This document shows positions 38,943-47,561 of a DNA stretch of 64,000 bases, piece by piece (positions within the stretch are counted from its first letter, which is position 1; the number at the start of each line of letters is the position of its first letter). Source of the stretch: Bacteroidales bacterium (GTDB lineage Bacteria > Bacteroidota > Bacteroidia > Bacteroidales > UBA932); NCBI GenBank assembly GCA_017651225.1, contig JAGCDF010000052.1:6991-70990 (forward strand), written 5' to 3'. The notes below the pieces were generated by a model, which worked only from the letters and a program-made list of their open reading frames with translations, did not search any database and had not been told where the DNA came from. The position numbers were made by a program, and so were the translations under genes.

Positions 38943-39629
38943 ATGTTAGGAACTATCGTCAACACCGGGTGTATTATCGTGGGCTCCATCGTGGGCAGCC
39001 TGCTCAAGAAAGGCCTCGGAGAAAAATACCAGAATGTCCTGTACAATGCGATGGGACTTGCCTCGCTGGCGCTCGGCGCCAACACCTTCGTGCAGAACAT
39101 GCCGAAGAGCGAGTTCCCCGTGCTCTTTATCCTGAGCATCGCGCTCGGCGGCATCGTCGGCACGGCGCTCGACCTGGACGGCCGCACCAAGCGCCTCATT
39201 GCCAAGCGCGGCGGCGAAGGCCTCGCCAACGGTCTCATCTCCGCCTGCCTGCTCTTCTGCGTGGGGACCTTCAGCATCGTCGGCCCCATCATGAGCGCTA
39301 CCACGGGCGACAATACCTTCCTGTACACGAACGCCACGCTCGATCTCGTGACCTCGATGGTCTTCGCGACCACCTACGGCATCGGCATCATCTTCGCTGC
39401 GCCCATCCTTTTCTGCTGGCAGGGCTTGTTCTACCTGCTCGGCAAATTCGCGGCCTCCACGCCGCTGCTCGAGGGCACGCTGGTCTACGAAATGGCCATC
39501 GTGGGCGGTCTGCTCATCATTTCTTCCGGCCTCTCGCTGCTGAAGATCAAGGACTGCAAGACGCTCAATTACATCCCCGCGCTGGTCGTTCCGGCGTTGT
39601 GGATATTAATTAAGAGCCTCTTTGTTTAA
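38943..39629 (+). CDS. DUF554 family membrane protein
   Basis: MLGTIVN start, LLFCVG and GDNTFLYTNATLD motifs; multiple TM helices. Confidence 0.9.
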   Translation: MLGTIVNTGCIIVGSIVGSLLKKGLGEKYQNVLYNAMGLASLALGANTFVQNMPKSEFPVLFILSIALGGIVGTALDLDGRTKRLIAKRGGEGLANGLISACLLFCVGTFSIVGPIMSATTGDNTFLYTNATLDLVTSMVFATTYGIGIIFAAPILFCWQGLFYLLGKFAASTPLLEGTLVYEMAIVGGLLIISSGLSLLKIKDCKTLNYIPALVVPALWILIKSLFV

Positions 39630-39726
39630 AGCCTCAATTCATTAAATATTTTATGAACTGCAAATAATTTCAAAAATATTTGCAGATTGTTCTTGGATGA
39701 TAAAAATATTTATCTATATTTGCATC

Positions 39727-39822
39727 CAGAAACCCCATAAAGTATTATTAATATTAAAAGTGTTTTTTGACTGTAAGGTCAACATGCAAAGCACCCGCGC
39801 CGCGATGGCGCGGGTGCTTTTG
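39727..39822 (+). ncRNA. Candidate stand-alone small RNA, about 95 nt
   Basis: Own -7 element TATATTTG (39715-39722), AT-rich body with a small ttgac/gtcaa hairpin, ending in a 14-bp terminator. The downstream gene has a separate promoter. Confidence 0.5.
39788..39821 (+). terminator. Intrinsic terminator
   Basis: aaagcacccgcgcc-gcgat-ggcgcgggtgcttt(t). Confidence 0.85.
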
Positions 39823-39829
39823 TGGGTCA

Positions 39830-39861
39830 TTTGGAAGTTTGACCGCGTGTAGTTATCTTTG
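39830..39861 (+). promoter_or_regulatory. Promoter of the ACP operon
   Basis: TTTG (39830-39833), a 20-nt spacer and TATCTTTG (39854-39861), matching the Bacteroidota -33/-7 consensus. Confidence 0.7.
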
Positions 39862-39880
39862 TAAGAACAACAGATTAGGT

Positions 39881-40249
39881 ATGCAAGACATTGAGAAACG
39901 TTTGATGGAAAACCTGGTTCCCATCCTGGGCCTGGATTCCGTCGCCGAGATCCGTCCGGAGAGCGCGCTTGTGCGGGACCTGGGCGCCGAGAGCATTGAC
40001 TATGTGGAGATTCTCTATATGATTGAGAACGAGTTCGGCGTCAAGATCAAGATTTCTGAAATCACGATGAACGACTATGGCGCCGACGGTTTCCCGGAGG
40101 ACGGCCGCCTCACGCCGGCCCTGGCGCAGAAGCTCAACGAGGACTTCGATACCGATCAGTTCAAGGAGGGTCAGACCACGGCTGACATCTTCAAGCTTTT
40201 CACCGTCCATAATCTTGCGAAGGTCATCGAGAAAAAGATGGCCGAATAA
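39881..40249 (+). CDS. Acyl carrier protein, long variant (122 aa)
   Basis: DLGAESID phosphopantetheine motif, IENEFGVKI, then a roughly 40-aa insert before the terminal helix LFTVHNLAKVI. Confidence 0.88.
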   Translation: MQDIEKRLMENLVPILGLDSVAEIRPESALVRDLGAESIDYVEILYMIENEFGVKIKISEITMNDYGADGFPEDGRLTPALAQKLNEDFDTDQFKEGQTTADIFKLFTVHNLAKVIEKKMAE

Positions 40250-40252
40250 ACC

Positions 40253-40723
40253 ATGCGTTTCTATCAGGTTGACAGAGTCACGGAAATGAGCCCCGGCAAA
40301 TATGTCGAGGGTGTCAAATGCGTGTCGCTGGACAACGATATTTTCGACGAGCACTTCCCCGGCTGCCCGATTTTTCCCGGCACCCTGATCATCGAGGGCA
40401 TGGCCCAGCTGTCCGGCATGTTCCTGGAGTGGAGCCGGAAAGAGATGGGCTGCGCGCCCCGGCGGGCGGCGCTCTCGCTCGTCCAGAAAATGAAATTCCG
40501 GGACATGGTGATCCCGGGAGACCGCCTCGTGTACCGCGCGGAGGTGAAATGCCTCTATCCCGACGAATACGGCGCCGTGAAGGTCACGGCGAGCCGCGAG
40601 GGACGTGTCTGTGCCGAGGGCGAGCTGATCTTCACCTTCCTGGATATCCTGGACGACGGGATGCAGCAGGTGTCCGACGCGTTGCTGCGTTTTGCCACTC
40701 GAGACGCCAAGATCATCCGATGA
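40253..40723 (+). CDS. fabZ: FabZ-like 3-hydroxyacyl-ACP dehydratase
   Basis: EHFPGCPIFPGTLIIEGMAQ (His/Glu dyad) and KFRDMVIPGD hot-dog fold motifs. Confidence 0.9.
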   Translation: MRFYQVDRVTEMSPGKYVEGVKCVSLDNDIFDEHFPGCPIFPGTLIIEGMAQLSGMFLEWSRKEMGCAPRRAALSLVQKMKFRDMVIPGDRLVYRAEVKCLYPDEYGAVKVTASREGRVCAEGELIFTFLDILDDGMQQVSDALLRFATRDAKIIR

Positions 40724-41277
40724 AGACCGTCTATCTCCAATTTCCTCCCGACGGGCAGATTCCGGCCCTCCCCTGCATCCGCAAGCGCAAACTGGTCAAG
40801 TACTATACCCGGGAAACGCTGGCCGCCGTCCTGGCCGTCTCCCAGTTGCTGGAAGGGGAGCGGCTTCCCGCTTCGACGCCTTTCTACTACGCCTCCGCGG
40901 ACTGCGAGAATTTTGTCTGCTTCAGCGAGGTGTTCGAGAAATTCAACGAAAACGGCATCCGCGCCTTCGACGCGGAGCGCTACCTTGCCTTTGCCCCGCC
41001 GACCTCTCATTTCAAGTCCATGCGCAACATGGTGTCCTGCTTCGTGTCGATCGAGAACGACCTGCACGGGGACAACAATGTGATCGTGGATTCTGCCTCC
41101 GCCCTGCTCTACGCCGCCCTGACGGCGCCGGGCGAGGAGACGGTGCTGGTCGGTGCCGGTTTCCTCCATGCCGACGACTCCGTCGAAGTCGGCTTCGCCC
41201 TCGCGGAACCCGCTGAATTCGCCGGCCACCCGCTGCTGGGCTCTTCCCGTCCGGCCATCGACATCTTCAAACCCTGA
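40720..41277 (+). CDS. Truncated ketosynthase-like protein (chain-length-factor-like, no catalytic Cys)
   Basis: 185 aa, ATGA overlap with fabZ. RKLVKYYTRE...AV and FKSMRNMVSCFVSIENDLHGDN resemble the KS N-terminal domain; VDSASA lies where the KS Cys loop would be. Confidence 0.6.
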   Translation: MKTVYLQFPPDGQIPALPCIRKRKLVKYYTRETLAAVLAVSQLLEGERLPASTPFYYASADCENFVCFSEVFEKFNENGIRAFDAERYLAFAPPTSHFKSMRNMVSCFVSIENDLHGDNNVIVDSASALLYAALTAPGEETVLVGAGFLHADDSVEVGFALAEPAEFAGHPLLGSSRPAIDIFKP

Positions 41278-41281
41278 CCCC

Positions 41282-42490
41282 ATGGCGATCGTGATTACCG
41301 GCATCGGCGCCAGGAGCCCCCTGGGTTGCAGTTTTGAGGAGAGTCTGGACACTCTCCAGGCGGGGCGTCGATGCGTGGATGACATCCAGAATCTCGACAC
41401 GACGGGCTATCCGATCACGGCCGCCGGCGAAATCCGCCATGATGGGGAGGTCGTCCGCACGTCCGGAGAAGTGGACCGCAAGGTGTATTTCTTCGACCAG
41501 GCCCTGGAGGAACTGTCCGCCAGGACGGGCTTCCGGCAGCGTTACCGCCCGGAAGAGCTGATGCTCAACGTCGGCGGCGGTGTGGATTATTTCGACATCG
41601 AAGAATTCTTCGCCGACGGCAAGCTGAATCCTGGGCAGATCCTGACAAGCGGCCACTACCATCGCATGGCGGCGGAGTTCCGCGAGCTGGCCGAACGCTG
41701 GCGCTTCGACGCCGGCTGCCACCTCTTCGCGTCCGCCTGCACCGCTTCGGCGCACGCCATCGGCCTGGCCTGGCGCCTGTTGCGGCGCGGCCTGGCCGGC
41801 GCGGTTGTCGCCGGTGGCTCCGATTCGATGATTACCCATCCCGGTTTCCTCGGCTTTTCCGCGCTGGGCGCGCTCTCGACCAGCCCGGACCCGTCCCCCC
41901 GCAAGTGCAAGCCCTTCGACAAACACAGCAACGGCACCGTCCTCGGCGAAGCCTCCGTCGCCCTGCTGCTGGAGGACGCCGCCCGGGTTCCCGCCGGGCA
42001 GGAAATCCTCGCGGAAATCGTCGGATACGGCTGCTCGATGGACGCCTATTCTGTCACGGACCCGGAACCTTCCGGCGAATCGGCCGCCGAAGCCGTCCGC
42101 GCGGCGCTCGACGAAGCGGGCGTGCGCCCGGACCAGATCGACTGCATCCACCTGCACGGCACGGGCACGGTCAAGTGCGCTCCGGCCGAGTACAACTGCC
42201 TGCAGCGTATCTTTGGGGAGCGGATCCGGGAGATCCCAGTCTACTCCATGAAGGGACAGGTCGGCCATTCCATCGGGGCCTGCACCGCCGTGGAGATGCT
42301 CGGCGTCGTGTACTCCCTGCAGCAGCAGGCCGTGCTCCCGACGATCAACTTCGAGACGCCCCATCCCGAGGCGCCTTTCCGCGTCGTCCAGGGCGCCCCG
42401 CTCCGGATGCCGATTCACTACATCCTGAAGATGAATTCCGCCTTTGGCGGCCACAACACTGCCTTAATCATCAAGAAATGGGAAAGATAG
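41282..42490 (+). CDS. fabF: Beta-ketoacyl-ACP synthase (FabF/KS-alpha-like)
   Basis: VITGIG, SACTAS (Cys), HLHGTGT (His), KGQVGH (His) and NSAFGGHN motifs. Confidence 0.92.
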   Translation: MAIVITGIGARSPLGCSFEESLDTLQAGRRCVDDIQNLDTTGYPITAAGEIRHDGEVVRTSGEVDRKVYFFDQALEELSARTGFRQRYRPEELMLNVGGGVDYFDIEEFFADGKLNPGQILTSGHYHRMAAEFRELAERWRFDAGCHLFASACTASAHAIGLAWRLLRRGLAGAVVAGGSDSMITHPGFLGFSALGALSTSPDPSPRKCKPFDKHSNGTVLGEASVALLLEDAARVPAGQEILAEIVGYGCSMDAYSVTDPEPSGESAAEAVRAALDEAGVRPDQIDCIHLHGTGTVKCAPAEYNCLQRIFGERIREIPVYSMKGQVGHSIGACTAVEMLGVVYSLQQQAVLPTINFETPHPEAPFRVVQGAPLRMPIHYILKMNSAFGGHNTALIIKKWER

Positions 42491-43179
42491 TCATCACCGG
42501 CGCCAGCTCCGAAATCGGCCTGGCCATCGCCCGGCGCCTCACCGCGCTCGGCAAGCCCATGCTGCTCCAGTGCCTCTGGCACGCAGACCGCCTCGCCGGC
42601 CTGGATGCGGAGGTCGTCTGCGCGGATTTCTCCGTGCGGGAAGACATCGAACGCTTCGCGGCCGGGCTGCAGGACGTTGAAATCCTCGTCAACGCCGCCG
42701 CCGACACGCAGACCGCGCTGCTGCCCCAGCTGGACACGGCGGAGATCGAGCGCATGTTCAGCGTGAACATGTTCGCCACGACCCTGCTCTGCCGGGCTGT
42801 CATCCCCCAGATGTGCCTGAAGCGCCACGGCGTCATCGTGAACCTGTCGTCCGTGACGGCCGGCCGCGTGTTCCGCGGCCAGAGCGTCTACGGCGGCACG
42901 AAGGCCTACATCGAGACCTTCAGCAGGGGCGTCGCCACGGAGTATGCGAAAAAGGGCGTCCGCTGCAACTGCGTGGCGCCGGGCAGCATCGAAAGCGGTT
43001 CGCTGCAGAAACTCATCATCAACACCGGCAGCGACATCCTCAAGGACGTGAACGCGAGCGCGAAATTCGGCACGCCCGAGGATGTCGCCGCGGCCGTCGC
43101 ATTCCTTTGCTCGGAGGAAAGCCGCTACATCAACGGCACGGTCCTCCATGTGGACGGGGGTTATTGGCTCGGCCTATGA
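42478..43179 (+). CDS. fabG: FabG-like 3-oxoacyl-ACP reductase (SDR)
   Basis: TGASSEIG, NLSS, YGGTK and VDGG motifs; overlaps the end of the KS gene. Confidence 0.88.
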   Translation: MGKIVITGASSEIGLAIARRLTALGKPMLLQCLWHADRLAGLDAEVVCADFSVREDIERFAAGLQDVEILVNAAADTQTALLPQLDTAEIERMFSVNMFATTLLCRAVIPQMCLKRHGVIVNLSSVTAGRVFRGQSVYGGTKAYIETFSRGVATEYAKKGVRCNCVAPGSIESGSLQKLIINTGSDILKDVNASAKFGTPEDVAAAVAFLCSEESRYINGTVLHVDGGYWLGL

Positions 43180-43562
43180 AAAAGCTCCTGCTTGGCCTGT
43201 TGCTGCTCCTGTCGGCGTTCGCCTGCGAGCCGGACGAGGTCCCCTCGTACGTGGGCACCTGGCGCATCGTCTCCTCGGAACCGGACCTGGGCGCCGCCTA
43301 CGCGGATTCGTACATGACGCTGGACTCGCAGTGGAATTATACGATCTACGACGCGCCGACCGGCCAGACTTTCTCCGGTTCTGGCCAGGATTTCTCCTGG
43401 GAAAAAATGGTGATCACGCTGAAGGTCGTCAACGAGGAGGAAACGCGCACCTACACGGCCGAGCTGCAGTATCTGAAGCAGGACCGGATGATTGTGAAGA
43501 CTTCCTCCGTGAACGGCGTCGAGACCGTCATTGAGCTGACCCGAGTGCCCCGCTCCGCTTGA
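43176..43562 (+). CDS. Small lipoprotein with a lipocalin-like beta-barrel
   Basis: Lipobox AFAC followed by acidic EPDE; GTW motif; beta-strand-rich; ATGA overlap with fabG. Confidence 0.7.
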   Translation: MKKLLLGLLLLLSAFACEPDEVPSYVGTWRIVSSEPDLGAAYADSYMTLDSQWNYTIYDAPTGQTFSGSGQDFSWEKMVITLKVVNEEETRTYTAELQYLKQDRMIVKTSSVNGVETVIELTRVPRSA

Positions 43563-44190
43563 AAAAGCGGTTTTCCCGCTTCTCTTCTCCGATTGTCGAA
43601 TCGGCCCCGTGGCCGAAATAAATCCGCGTGCTGTCCGGCAGGGGCAGCAGGTAGTCGCGGATCCGCTCCAATGTCTGCTGGAAGCCCGTCTCCTGGAAGC
43701 CCAGCGACCCTTTGACGATCGTGTCTCCCACGAACACGGCTTCCGCGTCCGGGAAATAATAGGCGACGGAGCCCACCGTGTGGCCGCCCAGCGGCAGGAC
43801 CTGCACGGCGATGCCGCCGAAGCGGAAGGTCTTTTCCTCTGCCGGGAAGAACCGGGCCGTTCCCACCGGCCCGTCGAGTTTGAATTGGTAGAGTTTGGCC
43901 CATTCGTCGCGTTGTCCGAGCAGGGCCCGGTCCGCGTCGCAGACCAGGTAATCCACCCCATAGATCCGGCTCAGCCGATCCGCCCCCGCGATGTGGTCGA
44001 AATGGGGATGCGTCACGAGGATCGCGGCCGGCCGGAGTGTATTCCCGTCCAGGAACGCTTCGAGCGTATCCAGCTCCTGCTGTGAGGCGCAGCCGGGATC
44101 GACCAATACGGCGCTTTTGCCGGCCTCGTCCCAGACGACGAAGCTGTTCTCCTTCATCTCATTGAAGACAAATGACTCAACCCGTTGCAT
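43528..44190 (-). CDS. MBL-fold metallo-hydrolase (glyoxalase II-like)
   Basis: THPHFDH, GHTVGS, GDT and GHG metal-binding motifs. Confidence 0.92.
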   Translation of the reverse strand: MQRVESFVFNEMKENSFVVWDEAGKSAVLVDPGCASQQELDTLEAFLDGNTLRPAAILVTHPHFDHIAGADRLSRIYGVDYLVCDADRALLGQRDEWAKLYQFKLDGPVGTARFFPAEEKTFRFGGIAVQVLPLGGHTVGSVAYYFPDAEAVFVGDTIVKGSLGFQETGFQQTLERIRDYLLPLPDSTRIYFGHGADSTIGEEKRENRFFKRSGALGSAQ

Positions 44191-44196
44191 CCTGCA

Positions 44197-44772
44197 CTAT
44201 GCTTTGTGTCCGACCGGAATGATGGCGCCGAGCAGGAAATTGTCCCGCAGGCCCAGCGTGGCGTTGAGGTCCGTTCCAGCGAGGAGGGGCCCCGTCATGT
44301 AGCACGCGCCGAGGCCCAGGCTCTCGGCGGCGAGCAGGATCATCATGGCCACGCAGGAGAGGGACTTGGTCAGGTTGTCGTGCTCCCAGCCCAGGATTTC
44401 GGGCGTGGCGCCCTCCCGGAGCATGCTTTTCATGGTGGACGTCTCCCGGCAGTAGGGAATCAGCAGCAGCGGGGCCGTTTCGAAAAAGGTGAAGCTTTGG
44501 GCGTAGCGGCGGAAAAACGGCGCGGTTTCGGCGTCCAGGTCTGCGCAGAGCGCCTCGGCGCGGTTGCGCACCTGGGCGGCGAGGGCCGCGATGACCTGGG
44601 GGTCCTGCACCCGGGCGACCTTCCAGTTGCTCCGCCCGGAGGCGAAGGGCGCGCGGGCTGCGACCGCGAGGATCTGCTCCACGGCGTCGTCCGACACCGG
44701 CTCGGCCGTGAAATGGCGGCAGCTTTTGCGCTGCTCCGCGAGTTCGAGCAGAGAGGTATACAAAGCGCTCAT
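44197..44772 (-). CDS. Nitroreductase-family FMN protein
   Basis: RKSCRHF, RAPFASGRSNW, LAAESLGLGACYM and IPVGH motifs. Confidence 0.9.
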   Translation of the reverse strand: MSALYTSLLELAEQRKSCRHFTAEPVSDDAVEQILAVAARAPFASGRSNWKVARVQDPQVIAALAAQVRNRAEALCADLDAETAPFFRRYAQSFTFFETAPLLLIPYCRETSTMKSMLREGATPEILGWEHDNLTKSLSCVAMMILLAAESLGLGACYMTGPLLAGTDLNATLGLRDNFLLGAIIPVGHKA

Positions 44773-44773
44773 A

Positions 44774-45817
44774 TCAATCTATTTGTTTTATTTTCAATAC
44801 ATTCGCTACGGTCAGCACGCTTCCGATGCCCAGCAGGGCGAGGCAGTTGACCGGGTTGGAGGCCAGTTTGACGCCCTTGAGCAGGATCTTCCAAGCGCCG
44901 TCCACCATCCAGAAGAAAGGATTGACGAAGCGGGTGGCGGCCCAGAAGGGATCCATGTTGTCCAGCGGGGCGAACATGGTGCTGAGCAGGATCAGCGTGA
45001 TGAACAGGAACACCAGCACATAGATTGTCCGCACCAGGGTCCGCGTGCTTGCGGCGATGAGGATGCCCAGGTTCACGATGGCGAAGAGGAAGCAGGCGGC
45101 CAGCAGGAAGAGCTCCCACAGGGGTCCGGCGCTTTGCAGCGCGAAGACCCAGCGCGCGATCAGCAGGCCGACGGCCAGCTCGCACAGGCCGACCAACGAG
45201 AAGAACACCAGCTTGGACGCGACGTACATCAGGGGGCTCAAACCCGTGCTTCGCAGGTGTTCCAGCACCTTGCTCTCCTTTTCCGTGACGACGGACAAAG
45301 CGACCAGGCAGCAGCCCACGATGGCGATCAGCAGGACCAGCATCGCGACGAGGTAGTAATGCGTGTTGCCTGTTCCGGACACGAAGAGTGTATGGCTCCT
45401 GAGCAGCTCGTTCTCTTGCGTCCCGTGCAGCTGGAGGCCCACATAATAAGCCACGTCGCGGGCCAGCGGGAGGTTGGAAGCGTCGGCGAGAATGCGGCAC
45501 GCCTCGTCGTTGGCGGGCACGATGACGATGGCGTCGATCTCCCCGCGCGCCATCCGGCCCTCCGCTTCCTGCCGGGAGGAAACCTGGGAGAGTTGGGCGA
45601 TCTGGGGTGAGCCCGCCAGGAGCGCGAGCGTCTCCCGGCCCCGGCCGGAGAAGGATTCGTCCACCACCTCCACCCGGATCCGGGGCTTGTTGGAAAGGCC
45701 GAAGGGAACGAACCCCACGGTCACCAACGGGCAGAGAATCAGCACAAAGAGCAGGGCCGGCGTACGCACCAGCTGCAGAAACTCCTTCACGAGCATATGC
45801 CACAGCACCCGCATCAT
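44774..45817 (-). CDS. ABC-2 type transporter permease (YbhR-like)
   Basis: KEFLQLVR, TEKESKVLE and multiple TM helices. Confidence 0.88.
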   Translation of the reverse strand: MMRVLWHMLVKEFLQLVRTPALLFVLILCPLVTVGFVPFGLSNKPRIRVEVVDESFSGRGRETLALLAGSPQIAQLSQVSSRQEAEGRMARGEIDAIVIVPANDEACRILADASNLPLARDVAYYVGLQLHGTQENELLRSHTLFVSGTGNTHYYLVAMLVLLIAIVGCCLVALSVVTEKESKVLEHLRSTGLSPLMYVASKLVFFSLVGLCELAVGLLIARWVFALQSAGPLWELFLLAACFLFAIVNLGILIAASTRTLVRTIYVLVFLFITLILLSTMFAPLDNMDPFWAATRFVNPFFWMVDGAWKILLKGVKLASNPVNCLALLGIGSVLTVANVLKIKQID

Positions 45818-46902
45818 CTGGGAATCCTCCTTTTGAAACCGACGAGGGACAGCGCGATGGCCAGGACCAGTTCCGAGAACAGGATCAGGATCCAGGAAAG
45901 GTTCTCCGCGATGCCGGTCCCCTTATAGGCGATGTCCCGGAACGCGCTGATGAACGCCGTCCCCGGCAGATAGGTCACGACAGCCCGGATGGGGCCGTCC
46001 ATCGCGCTGATCGGGAAGATGAAGCCGGACAGGAAGACGTTCGGGATGAAGAGCACGATCCAGCAAAGGATCAGCACGTCCAGCGGCCGGTCGAACCAGG
46101 ACGCGATCAGCAGCCCCAGCGACATGCAGCAGACGGAGTAGAGGATGCACAGTCCGAAGAACAGCAACAGGCTGCCCTGGATGACAATGCCGAAATACAG
46201 GCAGATCAGATAGACCACGGCCACGTGGAAGAGCGAGATGAGGAAATAGGGCAGCGACTTGCCCGCGATCAGCTCCCAGCTGGCCATGCGCGTCATCCGG
46301 AGCATGCGGTAAGTGCCCTGGATTTTTTCCTTGTTCACACTCGTGCCCAGCACGATGGAGGACACCAGGATGAAGATCATCAGCACCAGGCCCGGGATGG
46401 GCATGTATTCCTTCTTCAGGGAAGGGTTGTAGACGTATCGTACCGGCGGACCGTCGTCCTGTGCGGCGAAAACGTGCCTTTCCCGCGCGAAAAAGTCGGC
46501 CATCACGGATTCCAGCATCAGTTCTATGCCGGTAGAGAAGTACGAACTGGTCCCGTCCAGGAAGATGTCGATGCCGTCGTTGCCGTAGAGCACGACGGCG
46601 CGGGTGTTGGCGGTCGCAAAGGCCTCCGCGATCTGCCCCGCGCTTTCCAGGTGCCCCGCAATGTGGATCTTGGGGTTCGCTTCCAGCTGGGCGAACAGGC
46701 GTTCCGCGGCCGCGTCGTGGCCGGGATTGCAGACCTGGATGTTGTGGTGGTGCACCTCGAACGAGAGGGCGTAGCCGAAGAGCAGCAGGATGACCACCGG
46801 CATCAGGAAAAGCAGCAGGCAACTGACCTTGTCCCTGAAAATGTGCCGGAATTCCTTGCGGACGACCGAGCGGATATGGTCTTTCGTCGCTGTCTGCATC
46901 AT
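45814..46902 (-). CDS. ABC-2 type transporter permease (YbhS-like)
   Basis: KEFRHIFRD, LLLFGYAL, YNPSL, AGKSLPY and LSGFIFPI motifs. Confidence 0.9.
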   Translation of the reverse strand: MMQTATKDHIRSVVRKEFRHIFRDKVSCLLLFLMPVVILLLFGYALSFEVHHHNIQVCNPGHDAAAERLFAQLEANPKIHIAGHLESAGQIAEAFATANTRAVVLYGNDGIDIFLDGTSSYFSTGIELMLESVMADFFARERHVFAAQDDGPPVRYVYNPSLKKEYMPIPGLVLMIFILVSSIVLGTSVNKEKIQGTYRMLRMTRMASWELIAGKSLPYFLISLFHVAVVYLICLYFGIVIQGSLLLFFGLCILYSVCCMSLGLLIASWFDRPLDVLILCWIVLFIPNVFLSGFIFPISAMDGPIRAVVTYLPGTAFISAFRDIAYKGTGIAENLSWILILFSELVLAIALSLVGFKRRIPR

Positions 46903-47561
46903 CTGAAATAGGTCAGGAAATCCTGTTGCGTGGCGGCGAGTTCCTGCGGGACGCCGCTCGCCACGACCCGGCCGCCGTTCATGATGGTCAGCCGGCTGCA
47001 ATAGTAGGCCTCGTCGAGGTAGTGCGTGCTCACGATCACGCCCGTTCCTTCCGCCGCCCTGGCCTGGATGAGTTTCCACATGCGGCGGCGCGACAGGGCG
47101 TCCAGTCCGCTCGTCGGTTCGTCGAGAATCAGCACGGGCGGATCCGCGATGACCGCGATGGAGAAGGAGAGCGCCTGCCGCCAGCCCGAAGGCAGGAGCT
47201 TGACCTGCCGGTTCAGGTAAGGCGTCAGTTCCAGCGAAGCGACCATGGCCTCCTCGCGCGCCGCGGTTTGCGCGCGGTCCAGGCCGGCCAGCGTGGCGTA
47301 GAAACGGATATTCTCATGGACGGTCAGCTCTTCGACCAGCGAGAAGGTCTGGCACATGTAGCCGGGCCGCCCCTGGACCGAGATCAGGCCGCCGTCGGGC
47401 CGGAGCAGGTCGCAGATCATGCGGATCAGCGTGGTCTTGCCGGCGCCGTTCGCCCCCAGCAGGCCCAGGATTTCTCCTTTCGCGAGCGAGAGCGAAACGT
47501 CGTTCACGGCGGTGAAATCGCCGAAACGCTTGCTGACATGGCTGATCTCGACCAGGTTCAT
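46899..47561 (-). CDS. ABC transporter ATP-binding protein
   Basis: GANGAGKT, LPSGWRQ, ILDEPT and STHY motifs. Confidence 0.92.
   Translation of the reverse strand: MNLVEISHVSKRFGDFTAVNDVSLSLAKGEILGLLGANGAGKTTLIRMICDLLRPDGGLISVQGRPGYMCQTFSLVEELTVHENIRFYATLAGLDRAQTAAREEAMVASLELTPYLNRQVKLLPSGWRQALSFSIAVIADPPVLILDEPTSGLDALSRRRMWKLIQARAAEGTGVIVSTHYLDEAYYCSRLTIMNGGRVVASGVPQELAATQQDFLTYFR

Noticed and set aside
39784-39852. 22-aa ORF MQSTRAAMARVLLWVIWKFDRV as a leader peptide
   Set aside because: It runs through the terminator hairpin and the next promoter, with no other support.
39881-43562. Aryl-polyene/flexirubin or ladderane assignment
   Set aside because: No ammonia lyase, acyl-CoA ligase, methyltransferase, glycosyltransferase, DarAB or radical SAM genes are in the locus.
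46899-47561. Degenerate ABC signature LPSGWRQ as a sign of pseudogenisation
   Set aside because: Walker A, Walker B and the H-loop are intact, and a deviant signature is typical of the second ATPase module in YbhF-like systems.
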